Positions 19,440 through 24,000 of a stretch of DNA of 24,000 nucleotides are shown here, piece by piece. Below the pieces are notes generated by a model. The model saw only the letters and a list, made by a program, of their open reading frames with translations, ran no database searches and was not told the origin of the DNA. Origin of the DNA: an uncultured Actinomycetota bacterium (GTDB taxonomy: Bacteria; Actinomycetota; Actinomycetes; Actinomycetales; Dermatophilaceae); assembly GCA_963730585.1 (NCBI GenBank), contig CAVSSL010000011.1, positions 982,079 to 1,006,078 of the forward strand, read 5' to 3'. Numbering within the stretch: position 1 is the first letter of the stretch; each line of letters opens with the position of its first letter. The position numbers and the translations under genes were made by a program.

Positions 19440-20360
19440 TCAGTTGCTCCCAGCGTTCTCAAGTTTGTCCGCGTCCTCGTCCATGATTCCCTCACGGTTG
19501 AGGCCGTTGTCGAGCTGGCCCTCGTTGCCCTTGGTCTTCAGCTCCGCGATGTGCCGGTCGTACTCGGCCTGGTCGACGACCTTGACGTTGAACAGCATCT
19601 GCGAGTGGTAGGCACCACACAGCTCGGCGCACTTGCCCTGGAAGGTGCCGGTCTGGGTCGGGACGACCTGGAACTTGTTGACCTTGCCCGGGATCATGTC
19701 GAGCTTCTGGAGGAAGGCGGGGACCCAGAAGGAGTGGATGACGTCCCGCGCGGTGAGCTGGAACTCGGTCCGCTGGTTCACCGGCAGGTACAGGGTGGGC
19801 AGCGTCTCCTCGACACCCGGCTTGCCCGTCAGCTGGGCGTGGGTGCCGGTCTCGTAGACCTGCTCGTTGACGTAGTTGAAGTCCCAGCTCCACTGCTTGC
19901 CGACGACGTTGACCACGACGTCGGGCTGCTTGGACGTGTCGAGCAGGGCCGACTCGTCGCGCTGGGTGTAGAAGAAGAGCACCGCGATCATCAGGACCGG
20001 GACGACGGTGTAGAGGATCTCGAGGGGCACGTTGTAGCGCAGCTGGACGGGCAGCGAGCCGTCGTCGTCGCGCCGGCGACGGTAGGCCACCGCGCACCAC
20101 AGGATCAGTCCCCACACGAGGATGCCGACCACCAGGGCCGCGATCCAGGAGCCGACCCAGAGGTTGGTCACGCGCTGGGCACCCTCGGTCGCACCGCGCG
20201 GCAGGAAGCCGTCGCTCGCCTGTCCGGCGCAGCCGCTCAGGGCCAGCGCGCTGAGGCCGGCGGTCGCCGCCGTGAACCAGGTCCGACGCCCTCGGGGGCG
20301 CGGCACAGAGTCGTCGTGCGGACGCAACGGTGCACCTTCTTCTGACGAGAGACCAACCAC
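19440..20360 (-). CDS. ctaC: Cytochrome c oxidase subunit II (aa3-type), lipoprotein
   Basis: 306 aa; lipobox LALSGC; CuA region [20 protein letters not shown]; QWSWDFNY. Confidence 0.95.
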   Translation of the reverse strand: MVGLSSEEGAPLRPHDDSVPRPRGRRTWFTAATAGLSALALSGCAGQASDGFLPRGATEGAQRVTNLWVGSWIAALVVGILVWGLILWCAVAYRRRRDDDGSLPVQLRYNVPLEILYTVVPVLMIAVLFFYTQRDESALLDTSKQPDVVVNVVGKQWSWDFNYVNEQVYETGTHAQLTGKPGVEETLPTLYLPVNQRTEFQLTARDVIHSFWVPAFLQKLDMIPGKVNKFQVVPTQTGTFQGKCAELCGAYHSQMLFNVKVVDQAEYDRHIAELKTKGNEGQLDNGLNREGIMDEDADKLENAGSN

Positions 20361-20421
20361 GCGGCAAACCCTACTCCAGCCCCGGACGGGAGTCCGGTCA
20401 GGGTGGGACTAACGTCGGGGT

Positions 20422-21597
20422 GTGGCGAACACCAGTGTCGAGCGCGCGATCCTCGACGCCGCGAGCACCCCGATGCACCCCGTCGCCAGGGACACGTTGA
20501 TGGCCGCGCTGGACGCCGGCTGGGCCGACCCGCGCCGCCTCCACGCCGAGGGACGGGCCGCCCGCCGTCTGCTGGACCAGGCGACCGAGGTGGTCTCCGC
20601 GGGGCTGGGGGTCCGTCCCTCCGAGCTGTCCTTCGCGCCGTCCGGACCGGGCGCCGTCGCCATGGCGGTCGAGGGGGCGCTCCACAGCGGCCGCCGTCGC
20701 GGCGCCCGCCTCGTGGCCTCGGCGGTGGAGCACTCCGCCGTGCTGGCACACGGCCGCTACCGGGCTGCCGTGGCCGGCGACGACGACCTCCTCGCCGAGG
20801 TGCCGGTGGACCCCACCGGCCGGGTCGACGTCGACGCCCTCGCCGACGCCCTGGCCGAGCCGGGCACCGTGGTCGCCGCCGTGCAGCACGCCAACGGCGA
20901 GGTCGGCACCCTCCAGCCGCTGGCTGCCGCGCACGAACGGTGCCGCGCGGCCGGCGTGCCCCTCGTCGTCGACGCGCAGCCGTCCCTGGGGCGCGCGCCC
21001 TCCCCCACCCACTACGACGTGCTCGCCGGTGACGCCCAGTCCTGGGGCGGCCCGGGCGGGCTGGGAGTGCTGGCCGTGCCGGAGCGCACCCGGTGGGCAC
21101 TGCCCGGCCCCGCGGGCGAGCCCGGCTACGGCCGCAGCGGCCACGTGCCGTGGGTGCCGCTCGCGCTGGCCGCCGCGGAGGCGTGGCAGCAGACGAGCTC
21201 CGCGCACGAGGCCGAGGCGGCCGAGGCCCGCGCGCTCGTCGACCGGGTGCGTGCGGCGGCGGCTGCCGTGCCGGACGTCGAGGTCGTCGGTGACCCCGAC
21301 GAGCGCCTGCCGCACGTGGTCACCTTCAGCGCGCTGTACGTCGACGGCGAGGCCCTGGTGCACGAGTTCGACCGGCGCGGCTTCGCCATCGCGTCGGGCT
21401 CCGCGTGCACCGCGAGCACGCTGGAGCCGAGCCACGTCCTGGCCGCCATGGGGGTGCTCACGCACGGCAACGTGCGGATCACCCTGCCCCTGGCCGCGGT
21501 CTCCCCCGGCCGCGCGCAGCACGTCGAGCGGTTCTGCGCGGCCCTCCCCGAGGTCATCGCCGCGGTCCGGGCCCAGCTGGGGGCCGAGCACCTGTGA
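20422..21597 (+). CDS. Cysteine desulfurase-like (NifS/IscS family, class V aminotransferase fold) protein lacking the PLP lysine
   Basis: 391 aa; ILDAASTPMHPVA, VASAVEHSAVL, ANGEVGTLQPL, VVDAQPSLGRA, SGSACTASTLEPSHVLAAMG. Expected SxHK-type site reads GDAQSWGGPGGLG; the protein contains no Lys. Confidence 0.88.
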   Translation: MANTSVERAILDAASTPMHPVARDTLMAALDAGWADPRRLHAEGRAARRLLDQATEVVSAGLGVRPSELSFAPSGPGAVAMAVEGALHSGRRRGARLVASAVEHSAVLAHGRYRAAVAGDDDLLAEVPVDPTGRVDVDALADALAEPGTVVAAVQHANGEVGTLQPLAAAHERCRAAGVPLVVDAQPSLGRAPSPTHYDVLAGDAQSWGGPGGLGVLAVPERTRWALPGPAGEPGYGRSGHVPWVPLALAAAEAWQQTSSAHEAEAAEARALVDRVRAAAAAVPDVEVVGDPDERLPHVVTFSALYVDGEALVHEFDRRGFAIASGSACTASTLEPSHVLAAMGVLTHGNVRITLPLAAVSPGRAQHVERFCAALPEVIAAVRAQLGAEHL

Positions 21598-21866
21598 GCA
21601 CCGACCCGCCGGGGCTGCCGGAACAGGTCACCGTGGTCGACGCCCGCGGCCTGCGCTGTCCCCTGCCGGTCATCCGGCTCGCCCAGGCCGCCCACGACCT
21701 GCCGGGCGGTGCCGTCCTCGACCTGTGGGCCACCGACCCAGCCGCCAGGGCGGACGTCCCGGCCTGGTGCCGGATGCGCGGCCACGAGCTGGTGGGGACC
21801 ACGGAGCTGGACGAGGGCGCTGACGGCGCCCACACGGCATACCGGGTGCGCCTGGTCGTGCCCTGA
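21594..21866 (+). CDS. TusA-family sulfurtransferase-like protein
   Basis: GTG start overlaps upstream stop (GTGA); 90 aa; VVDARGLRCPLPVIRLAQAA (CPxP motif)...VLDLWATDPAARADVPAWCRMRGHELV. Confidence 0.9.
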   Translation: MSTDPPGLPEQVTVVDARGLRCPLPVIRLAQAAHDLPGGAVLDLWATDPAARADVPAWCRMRGHELVGTTELDEGADGAHTAYRVRLVVP

Positions 21867-21889
21867 CGCCGGCCGCCCCCGGGAAGGCT

Positions 21890-22585
21890 CTAGTCCAGCT
21901 GGTTGGCGCCGATGCGCACCTGGGGCACCTTCAGGGCGCGCTCGAGGCGCCGGAGGTACTCCTCGCGCGGCAGGTCCTCGATGCCGAGGGTGCGCAGGTG
22001 GTCGGTGGCCCACTGCACGTCGATGACGCGGTCGGGGTGGCCGTCGGCGAAGAAGAACCCGGTCAGGGCCACCAGCGCGGCCTTGGAGGCGTCGGTGACC
22101 GCGTGGAACATCGACTCCCCGGCGAAGAGGCCGCCGATGGCCACGCCGTAGAGGCCGCCCACGAGCTGGTCGTCCTGCCACGTCTCGACGCTGTGCGCCC
22201 ACCCCATGCGGTGGAGCGTGCCGTAGGCGAGGCGGACCTCGCTGGTGATCCAGCGGCCCTCCCGGCGGGGGTCGGCGCAGCGCTCCACGACCTCGTCGAA
22301 GGCGTGGTCGACGCGGAACTCGAACCGCCGGCACGACTTGCGCAGCGACCGGCTGACCGAGATGCGCCCCGGCAGGAGCACCCCGCGCGGGTCGGGAGAC
22401 CACCACCCCATCGGTCGCGCGCCGTCCTCGCCGAGCCCCATGGGGAAGACCCCGCTGCGGTAGGCCGCGAGCAGCGTGCCGGGCGCCAGGTCGCCGCCCA
22501 CGCCCACGAGGTCCTCCCCCGGGTCGACCTCGGTGAGGTCGAAGTCCCAGGGGCTCGGGGCGGGTTCCTGCGGCGGCCAGGGCAC
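21890..22585 (-). CDS. aat: Leucyl/phenylalanyl-tRNA--protein transferase
   Basis: 231 aa; GVGGDLAPGTLLAAYRSGVFPMG, WWSPDPRGVL, GGLYGVAIGGLFAGESMFH, DVQWATDHLRTLG. Confidence 0.95.
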   Translation of the reverse strand: MPWPPQEPAPSPWDFDLTEVDPGEDLVGVGGDLAPGTLLAAYRSGVFPMGLGEDGARPMGWWSPDPRGVLLPGRISVSRSLRKSCRRFEFRVDHAFDEVVERCADPRREGRWITSEVRLAYGTLHRMGWAHSVETWQDDQLVGGLYGVAIGGLFAGESMFHAVTDASKAALVALTGFFFADGHPDRVIDVQWATDHLRTLGIEDLPREEYLRRLERALKVPQVRIGANQLD

Positions 22586-22595
22586 CGTCTGCCGC

Positions 22596-23582
22596 CTACG
22601 GGGCGAAGCAGGTGATGTGGGGCTCGATCTCGTCGGCCGAGTCCTGCCCGTAGGCGTCCGCCAGGCGCGCGAGGAAGCGGGCCTTCCCGAGGGTGTACTC
22701 CTGCGTGCCGACGGTCTCGAGGACGTAGGTCGCCAGCATGGAGCCGAGCTCCGCGGCCCGCTGGTGGCCCAGGTCGGCGGCCAGGCCGGTCAGGAAACCG
22801 GCGCGGAAGGCGTCACCCACCCCGGTCGGGTCGGCCCGGCGCACCTCGCGGGCGGCCTTGACCTCGATCGGCTCCTCGCCACGGGTCGCGATGACCGCGC
22901 CGTCCTTGCCCCGGGTGATGACGCGGGTGGTCACGCGGTCGGCGATCTCCTCGGGCGACCAGCCGGTCTTCTGCGACGTCAGGGCAGCCTCGTACTCGTT
23001 GGTGAGCAGGTAGTCGGCCCCGTCGATGAGCGCGCGGATGGTGTCGCCGTCGGCGAAGGCCAGCTGCTGCGAGGGGTCGGCGGCGAAGGGGATGCCGCGG
23101 GTGCGGCACTCCTGCGTGTGGCGCAGCATCGCCTCGGGGTCGTTGGCCCCGATGACGACGAGGTCGAGTCCCCCGACCCGGTTGGCGACCGGCTGGAGCT
23201 CGATCTGGCGGGCCTCGGACATCGCCCCGGCGTAGAAGGTCGCGATCTGGGCCATGTCGTCGTCGGTCGTGCAGACGAAGCGCGCGGTGTGCTGCGACTC
23301 CGAGACGTGCACCGACTCGCAGTCGACGCCGTGGCGCTCGAGCCAGCTGCGGTAGTCGGCGAAGTCCTCGCCCACCGCGCCGACCAGGATCGGCTGCTGG
23401 CCCAGGTTGGCCATGCCGAACGCGATGTTGGCCGCCACTCCCCCGCGCCGGACCTGCAGGTCGTCGGCCAGGAAGGAGAGCGAGACCTTGTCGAGCTGCT
23501 CGACGACGAGGGAGTCCGCGAAGCGGCCCTTGAACGTCATGAGGTGGTCGGTGGCAATGGATCCGGTGATGGCAACACGCAC
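22596..23582 (-). CDS. adoK: PfkB-family carbohydrate kinase, adenosine kinase-like (AdoK/CbhK)
   Basis: 328 aa; MRVAITGSIATDHLMTFKGRFAD...KVSLSFLADDLQVRRGGVAANIAFG...DPTGVGDAFRAGFLTGLA; closely resembles the mycobacterial adenosine kinase pattern. Confidence 0.85.
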   Translation of the reverse strand: MRVAITGSIATDHLMTFKGRFADSLVVEQLDKVSLSFLADDLQVRRGGVAANIAFGMANLGQQPILVGAVGEDFADYRSWLERHGVDCESVHVSESQHTARFVCTTDDDMAQIATFYAGAMSEARQIELQPVANRVGGLDLVVIGANDPEAMLRHTQECRTRGIPFAADPSQQLAFADGDTIRALIDGADYLLTNEYEAALTSQKTGWSPEEIADRVTTRVITRGKDGAVIATRGEEPIEVKAAREVRRADPTGVGDAFRAGFLTGLAADLGHQRAAELGSMLATYVLETVGTQEYTLGKARFLARLADAYGQDSADEIEPHITCFAP

Positions 23583-23699
23583 ACCCGCAACCTACCGCCA
23601 AAGCCGCCGGATGCCTCGGCCGCCCGCACGAGGCCTACCCGCGGGTGTTACCTCGTGGTACCGGCGTGTCGGCACGCCCGCCGCACCTACGGTCGAGAC

Positions 23700-23903
23700 A
23701 TGAGCACCCCCACGCGCCCCGACGAGTTCCCCGGCCCCCGCGAGGGCCTCGACAACGGCAGCCTCAGCGAGCTGGCCATCGACGGCGGCGAGGTCGAGCT
23801 CGACGTCGCGCAGCCCCGCCCGTTCGGCGGCGAGCACCACGACATCGCGGTGCCCGACGACGCCTCGGCCCTCCTCGAGGGCATGGAGGCCTACGGCGGC
23901 TGA
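23700..23903 (+). CDS. Small acidic hypothetical protein (67 aa)
   Basis: ATG start; MSTPTRPDEFPGPREGLDNGSLSELAIDGGEVELDVAQPRPFGGEHHDIAVPDDASALLEGMEAYGG; followed by a strong terminator hairpin. No clear family. Confidence 0.5.
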   Translation: MSTPTRPDEFPGPREGLDNGSLSELAIDGGEVELDVAQPRPFGGEHHDIAVPDDASALLEGMEAYGG

Positions 23904-23940
23904 GCGGCCACCAGCGCGTCGCAGGCCCAGCACCCAGACG

Positions 23941-23982
23941 CGTCGAAGGCCCCGCACCGGTCTCGGTGCGGGGCCTTCGACG
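23941..23982. terminator. Strong terminator hairpin
   Basis: CGTCGAAGGCCCCGCACCG-GTCT-CGGTGCGGGGCCTTCGACG: 19-bp perfect stem, 4-nt loop. Confidence 0.85.
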
Positions 23983-24000
23983 TCGCGCGCCGGTCGGCTC

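Larger units (their letters stand above)
1770..21842. repeat. Dispersed octamer GTATGCCG/CGGCATAC, 11 copies
   Basis: + orientation: 1770, 2939, 6801, 12809, 12956, 16598. Reverse orientation: 3244, 5614, 8189, 16463, 21835. All read by eye; an exact count needs a k-mer tool. Confidence 0.8.

Noticed and set aside
17053-19611. 852-aa + strand ORF opposite ctaD/ctaF
   Set aside because: Low-complexity Arg/Gly/His/Glu-rich translation; antisense shadow of the strongly supported ctaD and ctaF genes in high-GC DNA.
20398-21591. 397-aa - strand ORF opposite the desulfurase-like gene
   Set aside because: Antisense shadow; GC-rich arginine/glycine/histidine-rich translation without motifs.
1770-21842. 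GTATGCCG explained as a Tyr-Ala dipeptide codon-pair preference
   Set aside because: Several copies encode the reverse context (Ala-Tyr as GCA TAC) or a different phase (GGT ATG CCG), and it occurs on both strands, so a single codon-pair bias cannot explain it.
22476-23699. N-terminal part of the + strand ORF 22476..23903
   Set aside because: Antisense to aat and the PfkB kinase; only the last 67 codons lie in free sequence.
1-24000. CRISPR arrays, insertion sequences, prophage, toxin-antitoxin or defence systems
   Set aside because: No regularly spaced repeats, transposase, integrase, Cas, restriction-modification or toxin-like proteins were seen; gene content is core chromosomal.

Overview
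High-GC actinobacterial chromosomal segment (Intrasporangiaceae/Micrococcales-like by general impression; taxon not provable here). It is dominated by the conserved respiratory bcc-aa3 locus: ctaE-qcrC-qcrA-qcrB on the + strand, and ctaC-ctaD-ctaF on the - strand. Flanking genes match the order known from mycobacteria (Rv2185c-Rv2202c region): SRPBCC proteins, a long-chain acyl-CoA ligase, a DEDDh exonuclease/UvrC-like fusion, trpD and an adenosine-kinase-like PfkB kinase. Other genes include a frameshifted membrane protein, a HExxH lipoprotein, a 75-aa CxxC/CxxC protein, an AsnC-type ligand-binding protein, an atypical receiver-like protein, a DUF167 protein, a small metallopeptidase, a secreted protein, an L,D-transpeptidase, a cysteine-desulfurase-like/TusA-like gene pair and aat. 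I saw no CRISPR array, mobile element, tRNA or rRNA. Two observations stand out. (1) The octamer GTATGCCG/CGGCATAC occurs 11 times and accounts for every TAT/ATA trinucleotide I could find inside genes, across different codon phases and with rare synonymous codons; this suggests DNA-level selection on the word. (2) The NifS/IscS-like protein keeps the SGSAC catalytic-Cys motif but has no lysine anywhere, so it lacks the PLP-binding lysine, and it overlaps a TusA-like gene.
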